Of a stretch of DNA of 64,000 nucleotides, positions 40,631-50,102 are shown piece after piece; the stretch's first letter is position 1, and each line of letters begins with the position of its first letter. Source of the DNA: Altererythrobacter sp. GTDB lineage: Bacteria > Pseudomonadota > Alphaproteobacteria > Sphingomonadales > Sphingomonadaceae. The stretch spans positions 9,485 through 73,484 of the forward strand of contig NZ_JBNKWF010000001.1 of the NCBI RefSeq assembly GCF_050299635.1, written 5' to 3'. The position numbers were made by a program, and so were the translations under genes. The notes under the pieces were generated by a model. The model was not told the origin of the DNA and did no database searches. It saw only the letters and a list, made by a program, of their open reading frames with translations.

Positions 40631-41263
40631 TTACATCCCCGCTTCGACTGCCAGGCGGATCGCTTCGGCATTGGTCGCTGCGCCGATCGATTTCAGCATG
40701 GCGGCGCGATGCATCTTCACCGTTCGCTCACTCAGCCCGAGTTCGAATGCAACCTGCTTGGTCAGCTTGCCCTCCGCAATTCCGCGAAGCACTTCGACCT
40801 GGCGAGGAGTCAGCTTACTGACCGCTTCCTTCGCCTTTCGGCGCCGCTCGCCGAGCAAGCTCGTGGCATTCCCATTGGCCGCGCGATGGCCAGGCACAGA
40901 GGTTTCGACATGCGAACCGAGGATCCCGCTGACATTGCCCCTGTCGTCATAGACAGGCGCTGTCATGATCGCGTTCATGAAAGACGATCCGTCTTTCCTG
41001 TAACAAAGGAGCTCGACCATGACCGGCCGGAGACTGTCGATCCCCTCCTGTAATTGCCTGACCTTCTCCAGATCGGTTCCCGGACCAATCAGGAACTGCC
41101 AGTTGCGGCCCACGACTTCGTGGCGCTGATAGCCGGTCAGCTCCAGAAAACAGTCGTTACAGTCCATGATGGGGTTGCCGGCATGGTATGGATTCCTGAC
41201 TGTGAAACCGATCCGGTTCAGCGAATCAAGATTGGATAGCGTCATGGAATTGTCCAAGACCAA
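40631..41263 (-). CDS. LOV-like PAS domain + LuxR-type HTH regulator with degenerate flavin-adduct site (Cys->Trp)
   Basis: EL222-like architecture. The LOV core reads GRNWQFLIGPGTD instead of GxNCRFLxG. C-terminal HTH LTPRQVEVLRGIAEGKLTKQVAFELGLSERTVKMHRAAMLKSIG. Confidence 0.85.
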   Translation of the reverse strand: MVLDNSMTLSNLDSLNRIGFTVRNPYHAGNPIMDCNDCFLELTGYQRHEVVGRNWQFLIGPGTDLEKVRQLQEGIDSLRPVMVELLCYRKDGSSFMNAIMTAPVYDDRGNVSGILGSHVETSVPGHRAANGNATSLLGERRRKAKEAVSKLTPRQVEVLRGIAEGKLTKQVAFELGLSERTVKMHRAAMLKSIGAATNAEAIRLAVEAGM

Positions 41264-41442
41264 CGCATATTGGTTTCGCCCCTTTTATGGGCCGAGCCTA
41301 AGAGCAACCCGCTCGGTTTCGTTGATGTGTGCCCCAGCGTCACGACCTGCCCTTTGGTGCGCCTCCAAATACGTACAATAGTGCGGTCAGTGATGGCCAT
41401 TGGAGCATGTTTTAGAGGATGCTCGCGGTACAATTGGCGAAC

Positions 41443-41464
41443 AACCCGTCCCAAGGGGCAGGTT
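41443..41464. promoter_or_regulatory. Palindrome family site C: AACCCGT-CCCAAGGG-GCAGGTT
   Basis: About 190 nt upstream of the degenerate LOV-HTH ATG. It shares 19 contiguous nt with site D. Confidence 0.4.
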
Positions 41465-41536
41465 GCAAAAGCATATCTAATTTTCGAGGGAATCTACCGG
41501 ATTGCCCGACCGCGATGCAGGCTATTGGAATCGGGC

Positions 41537-42781
41537 CTAAAATGCCTCGCCAAGCGATAGATAGAGCGCTTGCGAATCCTTGCCCCAGGCAAGATCGATC
41601 CGTGCATTTATCCGGTACTCAGGTGCAATTTCGTATCGCAATCCGATCCCTGCTGAAGGAAGATGATTGCTATCCCTGAGCTGTCCCAGGCCGCTTGCGA
41701 TACCGCCCGTGCCCGCAAACACGACAGCACCCAATCGACCGGCGATCTTTTGCCGAATCTCTGCCTGGATCGCCCAGGCCGCCCGGTCGCGATAACGCCC
41801 GCCGGAATAGCCGCGCAGATCCGCCGAATCTCCGTATCGGCACAGGCTGTGAAACGGCGCATCGCGCCCTTTCGCGCAAAGCGAAACGCGCATGGCAAGG
41901 ACACTGTCCGGGCCCAGCGGATGATAGGCATTGGCGGCCAGTCGCAGCGAGTAATAGGAAAGATCGCTGCCCAGCGCAGGCGTAGCATGGAGATACTGCC
42001 CTTCCAGCAATACTCCCCTGCTGGGATTGAACTGATTGTCGCGCAGGTCGAACTGAAACAGCGGACCAACCGCAACGATACGGTTGGAAAGTTCGCCTGA
42101 TGAAAGCGGAATGTCCGGCTCCACCTCATCACCGGAAGGCGTGCTGCGGGTCGTGTCGACATCCAGAATATCAAGCTTTCCGCCTACAAACAGGTCCGGC
42201 GCGATTTCCACCAGGCCTTGTAGGTCGAGGTAGAAGCTCTTCTGCCGCAAGCTGATTGAAAGCCCGGCATCGCCCGCCTCTGCCCCGATCCCGTAAAATT
42301 GCACCTCGGTGGAGGAATAGCCCCCCAGAACGAATATCCGCTTGCGATCATTGTCGAGCGACATTCTCTGAAAGGCACCAAGCTCCAGATTACCCTTGTC
42401 GGTGTAGAGCCCACCGATCCCGCTGGTCCAGGGCGCACCCGCTCCCTTTGGCTGGTAGAAGCGGATCAGCCCAAGACCGAGTCCTGTACCCAGGGTCGGA
42501 TCAATCACTGGCAAAGGAATCATCAACCGCTTCGCCGCCCGCGCGGCAAGCTCCGCCTGGCTGGCGACGCTGAAATTTCCCTGGGCGGTCTCGGCCTGTG
42601 GAAGCGGAACGATCGCTTTCTCCGGCCTGTCTCCAGACAGGCTTGTTTCATGTTCGGCCGCTGCAACCTGCCCGCTATTATCTTGAGCCGTTGACGTGTT
42701 TGGCGCCGCCGCAGCCAGGGCCGCGACTATGCAACACGACCCGAACCGGCCACTCCGGGTTCTGCCGGTGCGCACCGCCAC
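41537..42781 (-). CDS. Omp85/BamA-TamA-family outer membrane barrel without obvious POTRA domains
   Basis: Signal-like N-terminus, a surface-antigen (D15)-type barrel pattern and the C-terminal YLSLGEAF. Confidence 0.7.
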   Translation of the reverse strand: MAVRTGRTRSGRFGSCCIVAALAAAAPNTSTAQDNSGQVAAAEHETSLSGDRPEKAIVPLPQAETAQGNFSVASQAELAARAAKRLMIPLPVIDPTLGTGLGLGLIRFYQPKGAGAPWTSGIGGLYTDKGNLELGAFQRMSLDNDRKRIFVLGGYSSTEVQFYGIGAEAGDAGLSISLRQKSFYLDLQGLVEIAPDLFVGGKLDILDVDTTRSTPSGDEVEPDIPLSSGELSNRIVAVGPLFQFDLRDNQFNPSRGVLLEGQYLHATPALGSDLSYYSLRLAANAYHPLGPDSVLAMRVSLCAKGRDAPFHSLCRYGDSADLRGYSGGRYRDRAAWAIQAEIRQKIAGRLGAVVFAGTGGIASGLGQLRDSNHLPSAGIGLRYEIAPEYRINARIDLAWGKDSQALYLSLGEAF

Positions 42782-42784
42782 GGA

Positions 42785-43414
42785 TCAGACCAGCGTCACT
42801 TCGGGGACGAGATCCAGCCGTGCCAGCGCCACCAGGATCGTGTCGATCGCCAGGGCCACCTGCATGAAGATCAGCACGGAGGCCACAATCTTGAGGATCA
42901 ACAACAGGCTGGGCAGGCGCAGTATCTGCGAGTTGTAATACATCACCGCCAGATTCATCGGTACGATCAGCGCCAGAGCGCCGGCCACGTTAAACGGCAT
43001 GTGCGGGTATTCCGATGCCAGCATCATGAAGATGAGGATTGAGGCGATCGTTGGCGGGGTAACGATCAGCTTTGTTGCGACATGTGCGAAGGAGAAATCC
43101 AGCGCACTAATCTCGCTTGGCTTGGCAGGCTGCGGTGGCTTCTTGCCGATCAAGCCATTGAGCGCCGTCAGCAACAGGACCACACCACCCGCCAGCATCA
43201 ATGCTTCGATCGAGACCTGATATTCATAGAGCAGGAGCGGCGCACAGAGCGCCACCGCTGTTACGGTCGCTCCGGAAATGAGCGTCGAGCGGAGCGCCAC
43301 TGCGCGTTTGAATGACTCGTCATAGCCTTCGGTCTCGCTGGCGAAGTACACGATCAGCTTCACTGGCCCCATCAGCGAGAAGAAGATCGTAAAAACGAAA
43401 GTGAAGTCGTCCAT
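42785..43414 (-). CDS. MarC-family (UPF0056) integral membrane protein
   Basis: About six TM helices with an N-terminal FTFVFTIFFSLMGPVKLIVYFA pattern. The start is placed at MDDF; the ORF track extends to 43510. Confidence 0.75.
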   Translation of the reverse strand: MDDFTFVFTIFFSLMGPVKLIVYFASETEGYDESFKRAVALRSTLISGATVTAVALCAPLLLYEYQVSIEALMLAGGVVLLLTALNGLIGKKPPQPAKPSEISALDFSFAHVATKLIVTPPTIASILIFMMLASEYPHMPFNVAGALALIVPMNLAVMYYNSQILRLPSLLLILKIVASVLIFMQVALAIDTILVALARLDLVPEVTLV

Positions 43415-43535
43415 GAATGCCGTGCCCTGTGTTCCTGCGCTCCCTTGCGGCACGGGTGGCATCGGCCGGAGCGGGCCGTCCCGACTGAACCTGGGAGGGG
43501 TTTCGACCATTTACCAAGGTGTCTGCACTCATCCG

Positions 43536-43557
43536 AACCTGCACATTGGGGCAGGTT
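43536..43557. promoter_or_regulatory. Palindrome family site B: AACCTGC-ACATTGGG-GCAGGTT (perfect 7-bp arms)
   Basis: Lies in the divergent intergenic region between marC-like (ATG 43414) and tamA (ATG 43650 or 43608). Confidence 0.5.
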
Positions 43558-43649
43558 GTGGAGCGTGAGGCCAGCGCTCATGATTCGAGACATATTGGCG
43601 AAGTCGCATGGCGCGTGCCGCCTCACGCGGCACGGACGGATTGCACGAA

Positions 43650-45806
43650 ATGTTTCGTTGGCAGAATGCCTTACGCGGCCAGTTCCACCACCTTCTTGCC
43701 CTCGGTACCCTTCCGGCAATCGTATCTCTATGCCCGCTCGCATTTGCCCCATCGGCGTCGGCTCAGACGCTCGACGAACTCGTCCCGCCTGACGCCGCCC
43801 GGGACCCTGAAGGCTGGGTTGAAGACGGGATTGCTGGCGACCAGAGGGCAGAGCCAGATCAACCCGCAGATGAATCGCGCGCGCGCGGTGAGACTGACCT
43901 CCCCTGGCCCGGAGAAGGCGAACTCGACCTACCCCCTCCCCTCCAGCCCGATGAAACGCTCGTATTCGACGATGGCTGGTTGGACGAACAGGGGCCGGAG
44001 AGCGAGCTGGAAATCCTGACGATTGCTGAGGGGTTGGAACTGGACCTGCCCGAAAGCCTTCTCGCCCGACCCGAATGGGACGATATCCTGCGGCGGTTCA
44101 ACTCACTTTCGAATGTCGTCACGCTTTCCTCAGAAAAGGAAAACTTTGCGCAATTGGCGGTAAGAGCCAGCCATGACGAGGAACTGCTCGGCCAGCTCCT
44201 GCGCATTCACGGCTACTACGATGCACGCGTTTCACATTCGCTGGAGGCGCAATCGCTCATTGAAGATGATGCTGCTGCCGAAGTCTGGCCCTCTGTCCGA
44301 TTTCGTATTCTCCCCGGCGACCAATTCCGCTTCGGTTCGATCGATCTCGGTCAACTTGAGCAGACCGGCCAGGACTATCCAGCCCTGCGTGAAGGCTTCG
44401 AGATTGAGCCCGGCGATCCGGTCCTTTCGGATGTTATCGAGCAGGAACGTGCAGATCTGGAAGAGGTGCTTGGTGAAGCCGGCTATCCCTTCGCCGCGAT
44501 CGACGAGCCGCATCTGCTGATCCATTCCGATCGCAGCGAAGCCGATCTGACAATGCAGGTTGAACCGGGAGGCAAATATGTCGTCGGATCGATCGCAAGT
44601 CTCCAGCCCGATTTCCTCTCGTCGCGCCATCTCGCGAGGCTGGCGCGCTTCCAGACCGGCGAACTGGTCAGGCAATCGAGCATGCTCGATTTGCGGCGCG
44701 CCATATTGGCCACCGGGCTCGTCTCCAATGTCGACATCACACCAAAAGAGGCGAACGCCCCTGTTGGCGAAATCCCCGGCGTGGCTGATCTGGAAATCGA
44801 CATGACCGAAGCACCGCTGCGCAGCATAGAGCTGGGCGCGGGCTATGGCACCGACCGGGGCTATCAACTCTCCGGCAGTTGGGAGCACCGCAATCTCTTC
44901 CCACCGGAAGGCATGTTGCGCCTGCACGGAATTCTGGGAACCCGCGAGCAGGAAGCGGGTGTCACCTTCAGGCGTAGCAATCTGGGTGGGCGCGACCGGA
45001 TACTGACCGTTGGCCTCAACGGCGACATCCAGAAACGCAATGCCTACAAGGCCCGGCGAGCGACCTTCACCGCTTCTTTCGAGAAGAAGAGCACAATCCT
45101 CTATCAGAAAGGGTTCGCCTGGGGAGCAGGGATCGAAGCGACGATTTCCGAGGAGGCCGAAAAGACCGCCTCGGGCAAATTGGGCGAGCGCAAGACATAC
45201 AAGGTCGGAGCAATCCCGCTCCATGGACTTTACGATACCACCACCGACCTGCTCGATCCGGTCAGCGGCTTCAAGCTCGCCTTGCAGCTCTCCCCTGAGA
45301 TCTCGCTCGAAAGCGGGAACGCCCCGGCCTATCTTTGGGGGCGGATCGACGCTTCGACCTATTTCAGCATTGGCGAACGATCGATCCTGGCGCTGCGCGG
45401 GGCAATTGGCAGCATCGTTGGGACCGAACTGGACAAGGTCGCCCCATCGCGGAGGATGTATGCCGGGGGTGGCCATTCGGTTCGTGGCTATGGCTATGAA
45501 TCAATTGGGAAAAGCTCTGTTCCAGGCCAGCCAAATGGCGGCAGGTCGCTGGCCGAATTCTCGATCGAGGCACGGATTCAGACATCCATGCTCGATGGCG
45601 CACTGTCCGTGGTGCCATTCATCGATGCCGGGACGGTTGGGCCGGATTCCACGCCAAATTTCAAAGAGATCCGCTACGGTGCAGGGGTAGGCCTGAGGTA
45701 CCAGACCGACATAGGGCCGCTGAGGCTCGATCTTGCCACACCGATCAACCCACGTCCCCAGGATGGCTGGCTGGCGGTCTATGCCTCGCTTGGGCAGGCG
45801 TTCTGA
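43650..45806 (+). CDS. tamA: Translocation and assembly module outer membrane component TamA
   Basis: Signal peptide ending PSASAQ, a POTRA-like N-terminal region and an Omp85 barrel ending SLGQAF. A tamB-like giant gene follows directly (TGATG overlap). Confidence 0.85.
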   Translation: MFRWQNALRGQFHHLLALGTLPAIVSLCPLAFAPSASAQTLDELVPPDAARDPEGWVEDGIAGDQRAEPDQPADESRARGETDLPWPGEGELDLPPPLQPDETLVFDDGWLDEQGPESELEILTIAEGLELDLPESLLARPEWDDILRRFNSLSNVVTLSSEKENFAQLAVRASHDEELLGQLLRIHGYYDARVSHSLEAQSLIEDDAAAEVWPSVRFRILPGDQFRFGSIDLGQLEQTGQDYPALREGFEIEPGDPVLSDVIEQERADLEEVLGEAGYPFAAIDEPHLLIHSDRSEADLTMQVEPGGKYVVGSIASLQPDFLSSRHLARLARFQTGELVRQSSMLDLRRAILATGLVSNVDITPKEANAPVGEIPGVADLEIDMTEAPLRSIELGAGYGTDRGYQLSGSWEHRNLFPPEGMLRLHGILGTREQEAGVTFRRSNLGGRDRILTVGLNGDIQKRNAYKARRATFTASFEKKSTILYQKGFAWGAGIEATISEEAEKTASGKLGERKTYKVGAIPLHGLYDTTTDLLDPVSGFKLALQLSPEISLESGNAPAYLWGRIDASTYFSIGERSILALRGAIGSIVGTELDKVAPSRRMYAGGGHSVRGYGYESIGKSSVPGQPNGGRSLAEFSIEARIQTSMLDGALSVVPFIDAGTVGPDSTPNFKEIRYGAGVGLRYQTDIGPLRLDLATPINPRPQDGWLAVYASLGQAF

Positions 45807-48800
45807 TGGCTGCGCGGGCGCCAGATGAGAACGGGGCAGAGGAGGCCCTCAAAAGAACTCAGGCAGGGTTTTGGCTGCGATGGAGTCTGCGAGCCCTTGC
45901 CGGATTGCTGGCCGCAATCGTCGCATTGGCAATTTTGATCGATACGCCAATCGGCCACCGCGCAGTGGCGAATTACGTCGAAGGTTTGCGCCCACAATCC
46001 GGGCTGCGGATCAAGATAGGGGAGATCACGGGATCGCTCTACGGCAAGTCCGCGTTCCACCGGGTTGCGATCGGCGATCCGCAAGGCGATTTCTTGCATG
46101 TACCAATCGCAGAGCTGGATTGGCGCCCGCTCAGCTGGCTCTATTCGGGGCTCGACATTCGCAGCCTTGCCTTGCGCCATGGCCGATTGCATCGTGTGCC
46201 GGCCTTCGACAGTTCCGCTCCCAGCCAGCTCTCATTGCCCGAATTCGATCTCCGTATCGACCGGCTGGAGATCGATGGCCTAGAGATTGCCAAAGGGATC
46301 GCGGGTGACATGCGCAGAATCGATTTTCTCGTCAGCGGCGCCTTGCGTGACGATGCGGTGATGCTTGCGGCAAAGGGGCAACTCGGCGGGACTGACAGGC
46401 TGGCCCTCTCGCTCGACGCCGAACCGGAACAGGACCGTTTCGACATCCATCTTGATTATGTCGCTCCGGCAGGCGGGCTGCTTGCGGGGCTCACAGGCGC
46501 AGAAGAGGAATGGATTGCCCGCGCCAACGGCGATGGCAATTGGGCAAGCTGGAACGGCTCGATCGAAATGGTCCGGTCAGGGTCGCAGTTCGCCGAAGCA
46601 GCCCTCACAAATCGCGCTGGCCTGTTCGATCTGAAAGGAACGATCCGCCCTGCACCATTGCTCGAGGGGCTGGCAAAGCGGGTGGCAGGTGATGCACCGG
46701 CCATCTCCGCACGCGGACGCTTCGACGATCGTATCTACACAGGACTGCTCTCGTTCAAGTCGGACGCCGCCGATATGCAAGGCGAAGGCTCCATCGATCT
46801 GGCCGGAGATCGCTTCGAGCGGTTCGCCGTCAACCTCGCATTGCTCGACCCGGCACTGTTTGGCCCGGCCCTCACGCTTGAAGGGGCACGCCTCGACGCG
46901 ACGCTGAATGGCCCATTCGAAGCGCTCGACATCGATCATCGCCTCACCGTCGACCGGCTGGCTGCGAATTCGATCGAAGCGCAAAATCTGGCACAGAAGG
47001 GAATTGCACGGCCTGGCAAGCAAGGCTGGCAAGTCCCGCTGGATCTGAGCATCGGAAAAATCCGGTCCGGCACTGAAGCCCGAGGCGCGGAACTTTCGGC
47101 AATGCGAATGAATGGCGTGCTGGTTCTCGCCGTGAATGACGGGGACGCGCAGCCCTGGTCGCTCAAGGCGAATGTCAAAGGAATTGCCGGTCGTCTCGAA
47201 GACACATTGATGCAAGGCATCGCTGGACCGCAGATCACATTTTCCGGAAAGCTTAGCGGCGGCCAGTATGGGCCTTGGCGACTGGCCGATGGCGCGTTTA
47301 CCAGCTCTCGCCTGGCGCTTGCGATCGACGCGCAACTGGATGACGGCGATGCCAGCTTCACCGCTAGCGGCAGGCATCGTGAATATGGGAAGTTCTCGTT
47401 TCAGGGATCCATGGCGAACAAGAATCTTGCAGCCACCGCCAGGTTCGAACGCCCCTACGCACCAGCAGGTATCGAAGACGCCCGCATTTCGCTGAAATCG
47501 ATCCCAGGCGGATATGCGCTGGAGGCGGCGAGCGATTCAATGCTGGGCCCTGTCGAAGGCGAGGCCCGGCTGCTGACGGCAAGGGGGGGCCAGCCGCGGC
47601 TGCATGTGGACCGGCTAAACGTCTGGGACACAAGGGTCAGCGGAGAAGTTCGGTTCGATGACGGCGTGTTACTGGGCGAACTCGATATGGCCGGCGGCGG
47701 CCTCTCCGGCCAGGTCGCGTTTTCGCAGGGAAACGGGAAAAACCAGGCCTATTCCGCCGACCTGACAATGAGCGACTTGCAGTTTGGCGGCGACGGGGCA
47801 CTTTCGATCACGCGCGGAACGCTCGCGGCAAAGGGACAATTGATGGGCGAGCGCAGCACGCTCGACGCACTGCTGGATGCACAGGGCGTAGGCTATGGCG
47901 AGCTCTACTTCGGTAGGATGGACGCAAGGGCAGTATTGGCGGAAGGGCGCGGCACGGCCAGCGCCAATCTCGCGGGATATGGCGGCAGCAAGTCCGCGCT
48001 GCAGATCAGGGCTGAACTTACGCCCGGACAAGCGCTGATCGCTGCCCGCGGCCGGTATGACGGCGACAAAATCACTATGCCCCGTCGCGCGCGGCTTTTG
48101 TGGAATGGTGACGGGAGCTGGAGCCTGCGTGAGGCGCAGCTCGATTTCAGCGATGGCTATTTGCAGGTGGAAGCTGGAGCCGAAGCCAGTGGCACCACGC
48201 ACGGCACACTCAGCCTGTCAGGCATGCCGATCGGGATTCTCGATCTGGGTTTGAGGCAGGAAGGCTTGAATGGAACCGCCTCGGGCAAGATCGAATGGTC
48301 TTCGCACGGAGCGGAACCGTTAGAGGGAACCATGCGCCTCGATGTGAAGCGCTTCAGCCGATCCGGCCTTATCCTTACGTCTCAGCCGGTGGACCTGGCG
48401 CTCAATGCCAAACTCACGGCGAGCGGGTTGCAAGCCAAGGCCAATGCAAGGAGTGAAGGCGCGCAATTGGGCCAGATGGCGCTCCGCGTCGACGATCTGC
48501 CTGATGCAGGCACTCTCATCGAGCGGATCGCGCGCGGAAGCCTGTCCGGCTCCGTGAACTATTCAGGCCCCGCCTCGGCGATCTGGCGGCTCGCCGCTAT
48601 CGACGCATTCGACTTCACAGGCCCGATATCGATAGATGCCCGAATGGGGGGCACGCTAGACGGTCCACAGATCGACGGCAGCCTGCGGGGTGACGGGCTG
48701 CGCATGCAAAGTACAATCACCGGTACAGACCTGCGGAATATGGCCGTGCGCGGCTCGTTTACAGGCTCGAGGCTGAATCTGACGCGTTTCAGCGGAACCG

Positions 48801-49825
48801 CCGGTGAGTCCGGCAGGATCAGCGGCAAGGGCACGATCGATCTGGCGGAAACCCTCGATCACGCTCCACGCATCGACATAAGGCTCGCTGCAAAGGACGC
48901 GCGGCTGTTCGACCGTTCCGACATCGCTGCAACGGTTAGCGGCCCCATGCGGATCTATTCGGATGGGCGAACCGGAACGATCGCGGGGCGATTGAGCATT
49001 GAACGGGCGGACTGGCAGCTCGGCAATGCCGACGCGGCGGAAGCATTGCCCCTGATCGATTATAGCTACGCTGGTGAGACAAATGCGCGTGCCATCCCGG
49101 TGAGGCGCAAAGCCAACTGGCGATATCTGGTCGATATTCAGGCCGACGACCATTTGCACGTTGAGGGTCTTGGGCTGATGAGCGAGTGGAGCGCCGATAT
49201 CCGGCTCAGGGGATCGGTGCAGGATCCGCGGATTGGCGGTCGTACCAACTTGCGCCGCGGGGACTTTGCCTTTGCCGGAACGCGGTTCGACATCAAGCGC
49301 GGGAAGATCGAGTTCGACGAGGCAACCGCCCCCGATCCCATCCTGGACATTCAGGCGGAATCGCTGGTCGATGAGCTCAATGTGCAGGTGTCCGTTTCCG
49401 GCAATGCCTCTTCGCCGGAAATTGCCTTCCGCTCTACGCCCGGTCTGCCAGAGGAAGAGATCGTTTCGCGGCTGTTGTTCGGCGACGGATCGGACGGTCT
49501 TTCGACCGGCAACGCCCTGCAACTTGGCGCGGCGGTATCGGCGCTCCGATCCGGCGGCGGACTTGGCCCGATAAATGGCCTTCGCGGGATGCTCGGGATC
49601 GACCGGTTGAGGCTGCTTGCGCCCAATCCTTCGATCGAGCGCGAAACGGCAATCGCAGTCGGCAAGCATTTCACCCGTCGGCTCTATGCCGAACTGATCA
49701 CTGACGGGCAGAGATACAGCGCCACCCAGTTGGAGTTCCGCCTGACCAATTGGCTGTCACTGTTCGCGCATACCTCGTCGATCAGGCAGAACCACGCCAG
49801 CCTGGAATATCGCAAGGACTATTGA
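45806..49825 (+). CDS. tamB: Translocation and assembly module inner membrane component TamB
   Basis: 1339 aa with an N-terminal signal anchor (LRALAGLLAAIVALAILI), a long beta-rich body and a DUF490-like C-terminus. Confidence 0.85.
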   Translation: MAARAPDENGAEEALKRTQAGFWLRWSLRALAGLLAAIVALAILIDTPIGHRAVANYVEGLRPQSGLRIKIGEITGSLYGKSAFHRVAIGDPQGDFLHVPIAELDWRPLSWLYSGLDIRSLALRHGRLHRVPAFDSSAPSQLSLPEFDLRIDRLEIDGLEIAKGIAGDMRRIDFLVSGALRDDAVMLAAKGQLGGTDRLALSLDAEPEQDRFDIHLDYVAPAGGLLAGLTGAEEEWIARANGDGNWASWNGSIEMVRSGSQFAEAALTNRAGLFDLKGTIRPAPLLEGLAKRVAGDAPAISARGRFDDRIYTGLLSFKSDAADMQGEGSIDLAGDRFERFAVNLALLDPALFGPALTLEGARLDATLNGPFEALDIDHRLTVDRLAANSIEAQNLAQKGIARPGKQGWQVPLDLSIGKIRSGTEARGAELSAMRMNGVLVLAVNDGDAQPWSLKANVKGIAGRLEDTLMQGIAGPQITFSGKLSGGQYGPWRLADGAFTSSRLALAIDAQLDDGDASFTASGRHREYGKFSFQGSMANKNLAATARFERPYAPAGIEDARISLKSIPGGYALEAASDSMLGPVEGEARLLTARGGQPRLHVDRLNVWDTRVSGEVRFDDGVLLGELDMAGGGLSGQVAFSQGNGKNQAYSADLTMSDLQFGGDGALSITRGTLAAKGQLMGERSTLDALLDAQGVGYGELYFGRMDARAVLAEGRGTASANLAGYGGSKSALQIRAELTPGQALIAARGRYDGDKITMPRRARLLWNGDGSWSLREAQLDFSDGYLQVEAGAEASGTTHGTLSLSGMPIGILDLGLRQEGLNGTASGKIEWSSHGAEPLEGTMRLDVKRFSRSGLILTSQPVDLALNAKLTASGLQAKANARSEGAQLGQMALRVDDLPDAGTLIERIARGSLSGSVNYSGPASAIWRLAAIDAFDFTGPISIDARMGGTLDGPQIDGSLRGDGLRMQSTITGTDLRNMAVRGSFTGSRLNLTRFSGTAGESGRISGKGTIDLAETLDHAPRIDIRLAAKDARLFDRSDIAATVSGPMRIYSDGRTGTIAGRLSIERADWQLGNADAAEALPLIDYSYAGETNARAIPVRRKANWRYLVDIQADDHLHVEGLGLMSEWSADIRLRGSVQDPRIGGRTNLRRGDFAFAGTRFDIKRGKIEFDEATAPDPILDIQAESLVDELNVQVSVSGNASSPEIAFRSTPGLPEEEIVSRLLFGDGSDGLSTGNALQLGAAVSALRSGGGLGPINGLRGMLGIDRLRLLAPNPSIERETAIAVGKHFTRRLYAELITDGQRYSATQLEFRLTNWLSLFAHTSSIRQNHASLEYRKDY

Positions 49826-50102
49826 TTGCCCTCAGTAAGGCGTAGCCGGGCGCGCAAGGTCGATTGAATGGTTTGGGTCGCACGAGACTTGCCGACTTAA
49901 CTTGTTCAAAGAAAAGCCCGACATGTGGTTACATGCCGGGCCGCAAGAGTTTTGGGGTGTCTAGCAGAGTGCAAGTAGATTTAGGGCCAGGTCCCGTTGG
50001 CCACCTGGAAGGCCCGACTGACCCTGCCCGGAGCTTCGTCTCGCGCTCCGTCTTCCGGGCAGCGCCGGATCAGGCCCCGGCCATGCCTGACGGCTTCCGG
50101 CT

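Noticed and set aside
40619-40632. AACCA-TAAT-TGGTT palindrome between the degenerate LOV-HTH stop and the EEP gene start as a member of the palindrome family.
   Set aside because: The spacing (4 nt) and arms are different and it overlaps the stop codon. It may be a local operator or hairpin, but nothing supports a link to the family.
41443-41464. Reading the palindrome family as EcfG-type (general stress) sigma-factor promoters, GGAAC-N16-17-CGTT.
   Set aside because: AAC ... GTT is inherent to the dyad. The spacing here is AAC-N16-GTT, one nt shorter than the shortest consensus spacing. The -35 G's are mostly absent (CAACC). Conservation extends through what would be the spacer. The idea is not fully excluded, and 5'-end mapping would settle it.
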